Shown here: in pieces, positions 1 through 9,535 of the stretch
Layout of the letters: each line of letters opens with the position of its first letter
How positions within the stretch are numbered: position 1 is the first letter of the stretch
Assembly (NCBI GenBank): GCA_963717145.1
Contig: OY970325.1
Span: 5,152,001-5,216,000, forward strand
Origin: an uncultured Armatimonadetes bacterium
GTDB lineage: Bacteria; Armatimonadota; UBA5829; DTJY01
DNA length: 64,000 nucleotides
Reading direction: 5' to 3'
Program-made: the position numbers and the translations under genes
The notes under the pieces: generated by a model
Told to the model about the DNA's origin: nothing
The model's database searches: none
Seen by the model: only the letters and a program-made list of their open reading frames with translations

Positions 1-254
1 CTCGCCAGGCTGATAGGCCGGACGATCCAGGGCTTGCCGGGATTGTCGATGATCAGCTTCCTCACGCCGGAGTCGATTGCGGCCTGGAGCGCGTCGGTCG
101 AATCCTCGGCGTCGAATCCCCACCACGAGGCGACGGCCATCTGTGCCTTTCCCGCCGCGACCATATCGATCATCCGCTGGTTCACCTTGCCCGCGGCAAG
201 TGTCTCTCCGGCAACCAGCAACATCATTGTGAAGATGAGCGCCACTCCAAACAT
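1..254 (-). CDS. Secreted right-handed beta-helix (pectate-lyase-3-like) protein, N-terminal part, runs off the window
   Basis: Manual translation MFGVALIFTMMLLVAGETLA...WWGFDAEDSTDALQAAIDSGVRKLII; signal peptide plus the D-x-T-x-A-L-Q-x-A-I-D start motif of beta-helix enzymes; not in ORF track. Confidence 0.7.
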   Translation of the reverse strand, partial: MFGVALIFTMMLLVAGETLAAGKVNQRMIDMVAAGKAQMAVASWWGFDAEDSTDALQAAIDSGVRKLIIDNPGKPWIVRPISLA

Positions 255-267
255 GGGTCCTTGCCTC

Positions 268-1623
268 CTACCAACCAGTCTTCTCCCACTCCGGATGGAA
301 GTTGGTCTCCCAGAGCGGCTTCACATTTTTCTCATTCCACTTGTCCCAGGCGGCCGACAGCTCAGCGACCCTGTCCGCGTCCTCCGAGGAGAGGTCCTTC
401 TTCTCACCAGGGTCGTCCGCCAGGTTGAAGAGCCTGTAGCCGAGTTCATCGTGACGCTCGAGCTTCCAGTCGCCTATACGGATCGCCGACTGATTGCCGT
501 ACCGCCAGCAGAGCGACTCATGCGGAGAGCCTGTCTTATCGCCCTTCAGGAACGGCAGGAGGTTCACGCCGTCTACGTTATCGGCGACCTTCCCACCGGC
601 GGCGGCGACGGCGGTGGGAAGTATGTCGAGCGAGATGACCGGCTTGGAGTAGGTCTTGCCCGCGGGGATCTTGCCCTTCCACTGCGCCATGAACGGCACA
701 CGGATCCCGCCTTCGTGGACCTGCGCCTTGTAGCCCTTGAACGGGTCATTTCGCGAGGTAAGGTTTGGGGTGGGGCCGCCGTTGTCGGAGAGGAAGATGA
801 TCAGCGTGTCGTCCTCGAGCTTGGCCTCGCGGACCTTCGCCAGGACGGAGCCGATCGCCTCGTCCATCGCCTTGAGCTGCTTGGCGAATCCGCGCCGCTT
901 CTCGTCCTTGATGTCGGGGAAATCGTTCGCCAGGCGGATCGGCGGCTGGATCGGCGCATGGACTGCATTGAACGCCAGGTAGAGGAAGAACGGCTTCTCC
1001 TTGTTCTTGTCGATGAACGAGACGGCCTCCCGCGCGAAGGCATAGGTGAGGTGCTCCTTCTCGTCGACCGGTTTGCCGTTCCGCTGGATCATATTGAACG
1101 AGTCCAGCGTGGGATTCATATAAGGATGGGCACCTCCAACGAAGCCGAAGAACTCATCGAACCCGCGCTTGTTCGGATGGAACTGCTCGACGTCGCCGAG
1201 ATGCCACTTGCCGATGATGCCGGTCGCGTATCCCTCGGCCTTCATGTACTGGGCGATCGTCTTCTGGTCGAGCGGAAGCCCCCAGTTCTTCCTGTCCAGA
1301 TCGGGGGTTGGATTCTGCTCATGCCCGAAGCGCTGTTGGTATCGCCCGGTCATGAGCCCGGCGCGCGTGGGGCTGCATACGGGGCAGCTCACGTAGCCGT
1401 CGGTGAACCGCATGCCGTTCTTCGCGATCGAGTCGAGGTTCGGGGTCGGGACATCCTTGCATCCCTGGGTGCCCATCTCGGCGTATCCCATGTCATCGGC
1501 GAGGATGACGATCACGTTCGGCTTGATGTAGTCCGTGGCGAACAGCCCGGTCGGAATCGCCATCGCGGCGGCCCCCATTCCGGCAAGTCTGACGAAATCG
1601 CGTCGAGAGTATCTGTCGGTCAT
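268..1623 (-). CDS. Sulfatase (FGly-dependent S1 family), Tat-exported
   Basis: PNVIVILADDMG, CSPTRAGLMTGRY, GKWHLG; SRRDFV twin-arginine leader; start moved to ATG at 1623. Confidence 0.93.
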   Translation of the reverse strand: MTDRYSRRDFVRLAGMGAAAMAIPTGLFATDYIKPNVIVILADDMGYAEMGTQGCKDVPTPNLDSIAKNGMRFTDGYVSCPVCSPTRAGLMTGRYQQRFGHEQNPTPDLDRKNWGLPLDQKTIAQYMKAEGYATGIIGKWHLGDVEQFHPNKRGFDEFFGFVGGAHPYMNPTLDSFNMIQRNGKPVDEKEHLTYAFAREAVSFIDKNKEKPFFLYLAFNAVHAPIQPPIRLANDFPDIKDEKRRGFAKQLKAMDEAIGSVLAKVREAKLEDDTLIIFLSDNGGPTPNLTSRNDPFKGYKAQVHEGGIRVPFMAQWKGKIPAGKTYSKPVISLDILPTAVAAAGGKVADNVDGVNLLPFLKGDKTGSPHESLCWRYGNQSAIRIGDWKLERHDELGYRLFNLADDPGEKKDLSSEDADRVAELSAAWDKWNEKNVKPLWETNFHPEWEKTGW

Positions 1624-1670
1624 GTGTTTCTCCTCAAAAAAAGCATGGGTACCATGGTGTCCTATGGGTC

Positions 1671-3026
1671 CTATTCCGCCTTGGGCTTCCTCCGGTGATC
1701 GAGCCATTTCGGTGGGATGTTTTTCGCATCCCACTTCTTGTAGGCGGCTTGAAGTTCCTTGAGCTTCTCCGGATTCGTCGCCGCGAGGTCCTTAGCCTCC
1801 CCGATGTCATCGGCAAGGTTGAAGAGCTTCTCTGCGCCGTCGCCGTTCCGGACGAGCTTCCAGTCGCCGACACGCGCGCCCGATCTGTCGATCATCCGCC
1901 AGAACAGCCTGTCGTGCGGGGCGGCGCTCTTCTCTCCCCCGAGGAACGGCAGGAGGTTCACCCCCTCGATGTTCGAGGCGGGCTTTCCGCCGGCGAGTGT
2001 GACGGCGGTCGGGAGTATATCGAGCGAAACCACCGGCTTCTCGTAGACCTTCCCCGCCGGGAGCTTGCCCGTGTACTGGACCAGATATGGGATGCGGATC
2101 CCGCCCTCGAATGCGTCGCCCTTGAAGCCGTTGAGCGGTATGTTCGGTGCCAATCCCGGCAGGCGGTATCCGCCGTTGTCGCCGAGGAAGAAGATCAGCG
2201 TGTCCTGCTCCAACCCCGATTCCCGTACCTTCGCGAGCACCTTGCCGACCGCGTCGTCCATGGCGGTGAGCATCGTCGCATACTTGCGCTTCTCGGGGAT
2301 CTTGAACTGGCTGAAGCTGTCCTTGTACCGCTCAGGCGTCTCGAGCGGATGGTGCACCGCGTTGAAGGCGAGGTAGAGGAAGAATGGCTTCTCCTTGTTC
2401 CGGTCGATGAACGACAGGGCCTCGCGTCCGAAGGCGTCGGTCAGGTACTCCTTCTCGTCGACCTCCTTCGTGCCGCGAAGGATCGGCTCGAGAGTGCCGA
2501 CGCCTGGATTGGTGTACGAGTGTGCGCCTGTCAGGAATCCGAAGAACTCGTCGAAACCGCGCTTCTGAGGATGGCATTCGGGTCGATGTCCGAGATGCCA
2601 CTTGCCGACCATGCCGGTTGCGTACCCCTCGGCCTTCATGTAGTCGGCGATCGTCTTCTCGCCCTCGGGGAGCCCGAAGATCGGGGAGGCGCCCGCCGGT
2701 GGGCCGGGGTTGTCCTCATGGCCGAAGCGCTGTTGGTATCGCCCGGTCATCAGCCCGGCGCGGGTGGGGCTGCAGAAGGCGCAGGTCACATAACCGTTCG
2801 TGCAGCGGACCCCGTTCTTCGCGATGGAGTCGATGTTCGGCGTCGGGATCTCCTTCCCGCCCTGGCATCCGATTGAGGCATAGCCGTGGTCGTCGGAGAG
2901 GATGACGATCACGTTCGGCTTGCGTCCATCGGCGGCGAAGAGGCCGGTCGGCAGGGCCATCGCCGCCACCCCCGCGCCGGCCGCCCGAAGGAACTGCCGT
3001 CTGGAAATCATTTCTTGATGTCTCAT
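1671..3026 (-). CDS. Sulfatase (S1 family), Tat-exported, tandem paralogue of 268-1623
   Basis: SRRQFL leader, CSPTRAGLMTGRY, GKWHLG. Confidence 0.93.
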   Translation of the reverse strand: MRHQEMISRRQFLRAAGAGVAAMALPTGLFAADGRKPNVIVILSDDHGYASIGCQGGKEIPTPNIDSIAKNGVRCTNGYVTCAFCSPTRAGLMTGRYQQRFGHEDNPGPPAGASPIFGLPEGEKTIADYMKAEGYATGMVGKWHLGHRPECHPQKRGFDEFFGFLTGAHSYTNPGVGTLEPILRGTKEVDEKEYLTDAFGREALSFIDRNKEKPFFLYLAFNAVHHPLETPERYKDSFSQFKIPEKRKYATMLTAMDDAVGKVLAKVRESGLEQDTLIFFLGDNGGYRLPGLAPNIPLNGFKGDAFEGGIRIPYLVQYTGKLPAGKVYEKPVVSLDILPTAVTLAGGKPASNIEGVNLLPFLGGEKSAAPHDRLFWRMIDRSGARVGDWKLVRNGDGAEKLFNLADDIGEAKDLAATNPEKLKELQAAYKKWDAKNIPPKWLDHRRKPKAE

Positions 3027-3030
3027 AGTG

Positions 3031-4320
3031 TTACCTCTTCAATCTTACCAGAACTCCACCGCCCGGTGGAAGCTCGAGTCTCAGCCGCGATCCTGCCGGT
3101 CCTTCCGACCAAGACGACGTTGGTGCGTGGAATACTTGCATTCGACTCGGACCCACAAGCGTGGTCGTGGCCACATTCTTGTAGTCAAGGTTCACCACCA
3201 CCACGTGTGTGTGGCGGTCGGCGGACTTCCCGAAGTAGCCGAGCAGGACCTCCTGCGACGCAGGCTCGGGATGGAAGACGCTCTTCGGCGGCAGTGCTCG
3301 CCCTCCCATCGGCATTGTCCCACAGTGGTACGCGCCGAGCGACTTGAAGGGCTGCAGTTCCGTCGCTATCGCGAGGAACTCCCGGTTGAACTGGGAAACC
3401 GCCCAGTAGAGCGGCAACGGGGTGGTTGCGTCGGCGGGGTCTTTCCAGAGGCCGATGTCGTATCGGAAATGGCTGATCCCCTGCGCCCCATACGCCAGGG
3501 ACGTGTAGGTTAGCCAGCGCAGTTCGTGCTCGCCGGGCCCGCGCCAGCCCTCGGAGGGGGAGTCGCAGGTCTGGATGATGTTCAGGAACGGTCTCTTCGC
3601 CTCCAGCGCTGCCATCCGGATGAGCGCCAGATTCAGGAAATACTGCGCGCCGTCGCTGTTCTTCAGGAAGTGATAGTGGTCGTAGCTGATCAGGTCCGGC
3701 TTGACCGTCTCGACGAACTGCCTGAGGTGCTCGCGATATCGGAGTGTCGTGCCATCATCGGTCTTGATCCCCGCGAAATCCGATGGAATGCCCACCTTGG
3801 CCCGTTCGGCGGCATCGGCGCTGACCCCGAGTTGCGCTTCATTCGCGTATGTGGGGAACAGGTTGATGTAGGCCAGGTGCGCAGGGTCGCGCTCGCGCAG
3901 GTAGGCGACGAGCTTTCCCAGCGCCGGGAATGCGCCCGCGCCCGGCTCATCGGTCAGATGGTATGCATAGAGCGCCGGATGGGAGCGGACCCGTTCGATC
4001 AGCGCATCGAGCGCCTTCGCTTGCGTGGGATCGTCGACGTTCGGGGTGTTGAGCACCAGCATGGCTCGGAGGCCGTGGCGGTGGAGAACATCGAGGTCCT
4101 CGGGCTTCGCGGCCCAGGCGAGGTTCCAACCGCCGGCGCTGACCTGTGCAGCGGTGAGATCGTTCACAGGCATGGTGTGTCCCGGTCCCGCCCAGTAGGT
4201 GACGATCGGAGCGCCGATCTTCCAGTTGGCATCCGGCTTCGCCGCGACCGACATCGCGGTGCAAGCGACTATCATGCAGCAGACAGCGAACAGGGGTCTT
4301 GATAGCATAGTTATCTCCAT
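3031..4320 (-). CDS. Secreted hypothetical protein, probable glycoside-hydrolase-like TIM barrel
   Basis: Signal peptide; YHLTDEP and ISYDHY motifs; start may be 4308. Confidence 0.6.
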   Translation of the reverse strand: MEITMLSRPLFAVCCMIVACTAMSVAAKPDANWKIGAPIVTYWAGPGHTMPVNDLTAAQVSAGGWNLAWAAKPEDLDVLHRHGLRAMLVLNTPNVDDPTQAKALDALIERVRSHPALYAYHLTDEPGAGAFPALGKLVAYLRERDPAHLAYINLFPTYANEAQLGVSADAAERAKVGIPSDFAGIKTDDGTTLRYREHLRQFVETVKPDLISYDHYHFLKNSDGAQYFLNLALIRMAALEAKRPFLNIIQTCDSPSEGWRGPGEHELRWLTYTSLAYGAQGISHFRYDIGLWKDPADATTPLPLYWAVSQFNREFLAIATELQPFKSLGAYHCGTMPMGGRALPPKSVFHPEPASQEVLLGYFGKSADRHTHVVVVNLDYKNVATTTLVGPSRMQVFHAPTSSWSEGPAGSRLRLELPPGGGVLVRLKR

Positions 4321-4335
4321 GTGTTCAGCCTCACG

Positions 4336-5747
4336 TCAAAACGATTCGAGCACCTGCCAGATGAACATGTTCCCGAGGCCGTCGATCTCCTGCCAGATAC
4401 GCTGAGCGAGCGCCTCGTCACCCGGAATCTCCGCCGGAAGCTCCTTGCGCTTCTGGTCCCATGGGACGCACACTCCCGGCGGTACTCTCCCCTGCGGGAG
4501 AGGATGGGACGGATGGGACACATGGGACTGATGGGACGCGTGCCCGCCGGAGTAGACGCCATATTCCCGCGTGAAGTCGGTCAGCGCGCGGAGGTTCTCG
4601 ATCGACGTGTCGTTCTGCATGATCGCGCTGGCGTCCATGATGTAGCCGCCGTCCCGCGCGACGCCGTCGATCACTCTCCTGCGCGCACTCTCGGACCTCA
4701 TCCGGCGTGCCGTACGCCAGCAGGAAGTTCGGGATGCCGCCGCTGAGGCAGAACTTGTGGCCGAGCCTGCGGTGAGCCTCGAAGATGTCGCCGCGATCGA
4801 CGTGGTAGACGATGCTCGCGTCCGGCAGTTCGGCGATATGGTCGAGGTGCGCGTCCCAGTCGCCCTCGGCGTAGAACAGCGTCTGGTGCCCGTTCGCCCA
4901 AAGCTCCTCGATGATCGGCTTGATCGTCGGCCAGTAGTGTGACTCGAACTGCCCCGGCGAGACGAACGGCACGCAGCCGCGGTGCATCCAGAAGCCGATG
5001 GGCACCTGGCCGCTGGGGTCGGCGGTGATCAGCGCCACGTGATAGAGGTGCGGCATCAGCGCCTCGCACGCGCTGAGCACCTTGTCGGGCTGGTCGATCA
5101 TGTCCATCGTGAGCCCGATGTAGCCGCGCAGCTTGTCGGCCAGGATGTCGAACGGCGCCTTGAGGATGCCGGCGATGGCGCCGACCGTGCCGGACTCCGT
5201 CCGCGAGCGCCTGTCCCTGCGGCCCGAACGCCATGAAGTAGTTCCAGCATCGCCATCCCGCCCTTGACCAGGGCGAGGTTGTTCCGGTAGCGGTCGCTGC
5301 CCGGTCCGACACGTCCGCCGACACGCGCGGCAGCCAGACGTTGTAGAGGAAGCCGGTCGGGTCGTCGATCAGCGCGTCGTACTCGTCCGCCTTCATGAAG
5401 GCGTCGTCCTCGGCCGGCTCGCGGTACTGGAAACCCGTGTTCGGCGGGATGTCGATGCCCGGCACGGCGTAGTACTTCAGCCCGATCGCCTGCGTCAGGC
5501 CGGTCCAGACGTAGACCATGTTGCCCACGACGGCGTCCCAGTCGAAGTCGGCGGCGCACTTCCGGGCGGCGACGAACGCCTTGTTGTAGTCGTGCGTGAC
5601 CTCCTGGCAGGTGAAGCCGGCGTACTTGGCGGTGAACTCGGCCACGAACGGCCGGATCGGCATCCTGTCCGGCTTCTCGTTCCGCATCGCCGTCGTATAT
5701 CTCGCCAGCCGTTCCTGGTAAAGCTGTTCCATGTCCATTTCGGTCAT
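4336..5747 (-). CDS. Uroporphyrinogen decarboxylase (UroD/MtaA-CmuA) family protein, frameshifted
   Basis: KPDRMPI start, FYAEGDW, CLSGGIP, GGYIMD end; spread over three frames with shifts near 5305, 5245, 5205 and 4683. Confidence 0.8.
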
Positions 5748-5787
5748 CTCTCCAGTCGCTCAACACGTAGGGAACGGCCGCCGTTCC

Positions 5788-7486
5788 CTACGTGGAAGGC
5801 ACGAGCTTGACGGCATCCGCAAGTACGTTCCCGTCCGCGTCATTGGTGAATATGATCGAGCCCGTCTTCCCCGCCTCGAAGGTGTGTGTGCCGAGGCTCG
5901 TCCACTCGCCCTTCGTCGTGCGGAGATCGATCAGCAGCGTCAGCCTTCCCATCGGCGGACTGAACGGTGACCGGCGCGTTGCTCGCATGGTCGCCGGCCA
6001 CATCGGGGCCGAACCACGCGTACACCGTGTACTCTCCCGCTGACGGAATCTCGGGCGTGAAGACGGCCGTCGCGTCGCCCTTGCCCTTCCATGCCCAATG
6101 CGTGCCGAGGTAGTAGCCGATCTGAGCGCTGCTCGTGTTCTGCGCGGTCAGCCAGTCGCCGGTGAACGTCACACCGGGATCGCTGTCATCGACGACGATG
6201 GCGTCCGTCTCTTCCTTCGGGTGCTCCGGAGCTTTGGCGAAGACATTGAAGCCCACCTGCAGGTCGGCGTTCACGGAATTCGTGATCGCCTGAGGACCGC
6301 CCATGCGGTTGCTCGTGACGATCGCTGACTTCGACTTGCCCCTGAGCGCGACCTGCGGCCCGGTGCCCTGGAAGTTGCAGGCGTTCACGATGATATGTCC
6401 GCCGAACTGCTCGATCGCCGGCGTCTTATTCTGCTTGCTGTCCCATCCGAGGAAGTTGCACCCGTTGAAACTCACCATGCCCGTTCCGGCGACGCGGGCG
6501 ATCTGGTCCGAGCTGCCCCAGTATGAGCAGTTCGAGAACTGGACGACGCCCGTATGAGTATCCCTCACGACGACTTCGCACGGCTTGTCGCCCCCGAAAC
6601 TCACGAACTCGCCATTTGTGAAGAGCAGTCCCGGCGACTGAGTCTGTTCCACAAGGACGGCAATGTTGGCCGCATCGACCCCGCAGCCGAGGAAGTTGCC
6701 GTTCGTCGCGCCCTCCGGTCCCGCGGTGAAGCGCATCCCGATCCCGTAGCCGAAGCAGAAGAAGTTGAATACGTACTCCCAGTCGGTCCGCGCGAAGATC
6801 ATCGCCTCGCCGTTTTTCCAGAGCCATTCGCGGATGCCGGACTCGGCGTCCCACTTCCAGAACGGCCAGAAATGCACGTTCTCGATCCGGCCGACATCGT
6901 AGCACTTGTCGATGGAGATCCCGCGTCTCAGCGGCTGGCCGTAGAGGTTGCGGATGTAATGCCGTCCCGATGCGTTCGAGGCGAAATCGACGCCCTGGTA
7001 GGGGTTCACCAGCAGGCAGTCGATGATCGAGGAGTTGTCCCCGCCCGCGCAGGCGAGGCACCAGGGGTAGGGGACGATGCTCTCCGGCTTCTGATCGGGG
7101 TAATAGACGATCATCCCCTTGAGGGCCGAATTCATGCCGATCGTGATGAAGGGCGTCCCCTCTTCCGATCCCGCGCCCTCGACCGCCAGGAGCGTGCTCC
7201 CGCTCATCTGGGCGAAGGCGGTCGGGATCTTCCACACTCCCTCGAGGGTGACCTTCGATGGAATGTTGAGGTGTGTCTTGATCATGTAGTTGCCGACCGG
7301 GACGGAGACTGTTCCACCCTTCTCGGCGACGGCGGCCATCGCATCGGTGAACGCCTTGGTGTCGTCCGTGACTCCGTCGCCCTTAGCGCCGTAGTCCCTG
7401 ACATCGACCTGCGATGGCTGGGCGCACGAGGCCGAGCAGCCGAAAGCGATGAGAACCGCCAGCAGAATCAGCATGTAGTTGCCCAA
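5788..7486 (-). CDS. Secreted beta-helix (pectate lyase 3/GH28-related) protein with C-terminal golvesin-like domain; one frameshift near 5948
   Basis: DVRDYGAKGDGVTDDTKAF; IVVDDSD...GEYTVYAWF; continues in ORF 5788..6003 as GEWTSLGTHTF...VLADAVKLV. Confidence 0.8.
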
Positions 7487-7551
7487 TGAGTCTCCTCCAG
7501 TTGGTTAGTCTTCACACATGCACCGTTCAAGTGCAGAGCGCCCATCACCTT

Positions 7552-7625
7552 CTTGTGGGAGGCGACTCCAGTCGGCGATCTCCGCGCCGAGGCCACCTTG
7601 TGGGAGGCGACTCCAGTCGGCGATC
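7552..7625 (+). repeat. Two direct copies of a GTGG-type REP (CTTGTGGGAGGCGACTCCAGTCGGCGATC)
   Basis: Identical 29-mers at 7552-7580 and 7597-7625 with internal hairpin CGACT-CC-AGTCG. Confidence 0.9.
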
Positions 7626-8196
7626 AGCGGTAATGGGGTGGCATCCTTTGTGGATCGAAGTGATAGTCGCTGCGTACAAGAACCGGCATTGACGGCCCTA
7701 GCCACCCCCAGTCGATTTCCTCCGCAAACCGTGCTGCTGTTGAATATGCCCATAGATCAGCGGAATCAGCCAGGCCGGCGAGCACCGGGTTATTGTGCAC
7801 ATATGCAAGTATGTCATCGAAATCAGACCGATCCCTGACCAGGTGCTCGTAGTAGCCATCCTGCCAGAACGGACCGGCACGCCCCAGATTCTCATTCATT
7901 CTGCGTGCGGTGAATTTCCCCAGGCTGGCAAGGACGCTGTCCAGGGTCTTGTCTGCTCGCAGACCCACTATGGCGTGGTAATGATCAGGCATGATGCAGA
8001 AACCCAGAACTCGCAACCACCCCTGGTCACGTGCCCACAGCAGACTGCCTATTACGACGTCAGCGTTCTTTGTCTGGGTCAGTATGCCGCCCAATGCACG
8101 GTCGACACACTTTGTAATGAAGTATGTCTGACCTGGATAGGAGAGTCTGCCTCTGCGAAGATCCGCACTGTGTGGTTTATCAGCAGGAATAGGCAC
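7624..8196 (-). mobile_element. rayT: REP-associated tyrosine transposase (RAYT, Y1/IS200-like HUH)
   Basis: TYFITKC, FCIMPDHYH (HUH), FWQDGYYEHLVR, YVHNNPVLAGL, WAYS; flanked by REPs; likely GTG start at 8196. Confidence 0.9.
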
Positions 8197-8217
8197 TCTG
8201 TTACCCCCGAGATGGTT

Positions 8218-8274
8218 TCGCCGACTGGAGTCGCCTCCCACAAGAGTCATCGCCGACTGGAGTCGCCTCCCACA
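8218..8274 (-). repeat. Two copies of the same REP, inverted relative to 7552-7625
   Basis: TCGCCGACTGGAGTCGCCTCCCACA starting at 8218 and 8250. Confidence 0.9.
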
Positions 8275-9422
8275 TGGCTGCCGTACTCGTATGCCGCGTC
8301 GAAAAGCGCGAGGATGCTCTCCGGCGGGATGTCCGCCTGGATGTTGTGTACGTTGTTGAAGACATACCCGCCGCCGGGCTTGAACGCCTCGATGTTGCGT
8401 CGGACCTCCTCCCGAATGCGTTCCGGCGATGCGTTCGGCAGGATCCTCTGCGCATCGATCCCGCCGCCCCAGAAGGTCAGCTTGTCGCCGAACCGCGCCT
8501 TCAGGTCGCCCGGATTCATGTTCTCCGCGCTGATCTGCACCGGGTTCAGGATGTCGATCCCGTTGTCGAGCAGGTCGGGGATGTACTCCACGACCGAGCC
8601 GCAGGAGTGATACCAGATCTTTGCGCTCGTCCGCGACTTGATGTACTGCACGAGCGCCTTGTGTCGCGGCTTCACGATCGAGCGGTAGATCCTCGGCGGG
8701 AAGAGCGGCCCGTTCTGCGCGGCCAGGTCGTCGCCGATCATTATCACATCCACCACATCGCCGACCTCATCGAGGAAGAGCCGGAACCAGTCGAGCCAGA
8801 ACTTGAGCGTGCGGTCGATGATCGCCTCGAGGATCGCCGGGTGATCGAGCATATCCATGAAAAGCTGTTCGAGCCCGCGCATGTACCAGCAGATCTCGTA
8901 GACGACTCCCGAGATGCCGCTGATGACGGGGTAGGGCGTCTCGCGTTTCAAGGTGAGCGCGCGATCCCTCAGGCCGTCGAAGCGCGTCGGGTCGTCGCCC
9001 CTGGGGAATGGGTAATCCTCGATCTCATTGAGTGACATCCCCGCGAGCGGATGGTGGGAGATGTCGAAGTAGTACGGGAAGTCCTCCGGCATCGACCACG
9101 TGACGCCGAACTCGTCGGTGAAGTCGCTCCATACGCGGCCATTCCGCTCGCGCTTGACCACCTCGGCGTTGAAGCTCTTCGCGCCACCGGCGGAGACGTA
9201 CCGCGTGTCCACATGGAGACGCTCCAGGACCGCCTCCGAGGGCTTCGCGAGTTGTTGCACGAGGTCCATGATCTCGATCTCTTCCCGAAGACCGAGGTGG
9301 TCGATCAGCTTCTGATACGCGAACTTGTGGATGCCGGTCTGGTTGCCGCCGAGGTCGATCGGCACTCGGTCCGGCTCCCGGTGATCCAGTGCAGTGAGCA
9401 GGCGTTCACGCGGTGTCATCAT
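8247..9422 (-). CDS. Uroporphyrinogen decarboxylase (UroD/MtaA-CmuA) family protein
   Basis: EPDRVPIDLGG, MRGLEQ, GDDL, YHSCGS, FWGGGID, GGGYVFNNVHNIQ. Confidence 0.88.
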   Translation of the reverse strand: MMTPRERLLTALDHREPDRVPIDLGGNQTGIHKFAYQKLIDHLGLREEIEIMDLVQQLAKPSEAVLERLHVDTRYVSAGGAKSFNAEVVKRERNGRVWSDFTDEFGVTWSMPEDFPYYFDISHHPLAGMSLNEIEDYPFPRGDDPTRFDGLRDRALTLKRETPYPVISGISGVVYEICWYMRGLEQLFMDMLDHPAILEAIIDRTLKFWLDWFRLFLDEVGDVVDVIMIGDDLAAQNGPLFPPRIYRSIVKPRHKALVQYIKSRTSAKIWYHSCGSVVEYIPDLLDNGIDILNPVQISAENMNPGDLKARFGDKLTFWGGGIDAQRILPNASPERIREEVRRNIEAFKPGGGYVFNNVHNIQADIPPESILALFDAAYEYGSHVGGDSSRR

Positions 9423-9442
9423 GGCGTGTCACTCCTTCAGCC

Positions 9443-9535
9443 TGTAGTGGCCGTGCCTCCGCGCCGGCCATGCGACGTTGGAGGCCGGCACGGAGGCACG
9501 GCCACTACAGGGCGGGCGTAGAAGCCCGCCCCTAC
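9443..9535. repeat. GTAG-type REP doublet plus a third REP
   Basis: TGTAGTGGCCGTGCCTCCG(C)GCCGGCC...GGCCGGCACGGAGGCACGGCCACTACA, then GGGCGGGCGTAGAAGCCCGCCCCTAC. Confidence 0.8.

Noticed and set aside
34-2876. Long + strand ORFs (554 aa, 393 aa) and many similar ones elsewhere
   Set aside because: Antisense shadows of well-supported high-GC genes; no motifs
268-3026. Near-identical DNA patches between the two sulfatases as a DGR template/variable pair
   Set aside because: Conserved motifs of tandem paralogues; no reverse transcriptase or adenine-specific pattern noticed
7552-8274. 29-bp repeats as a CRISPR array
   Set aside because: Only pairs, spacers of 16 nt or less, opposite orientations, no cas genes; explained as REPs
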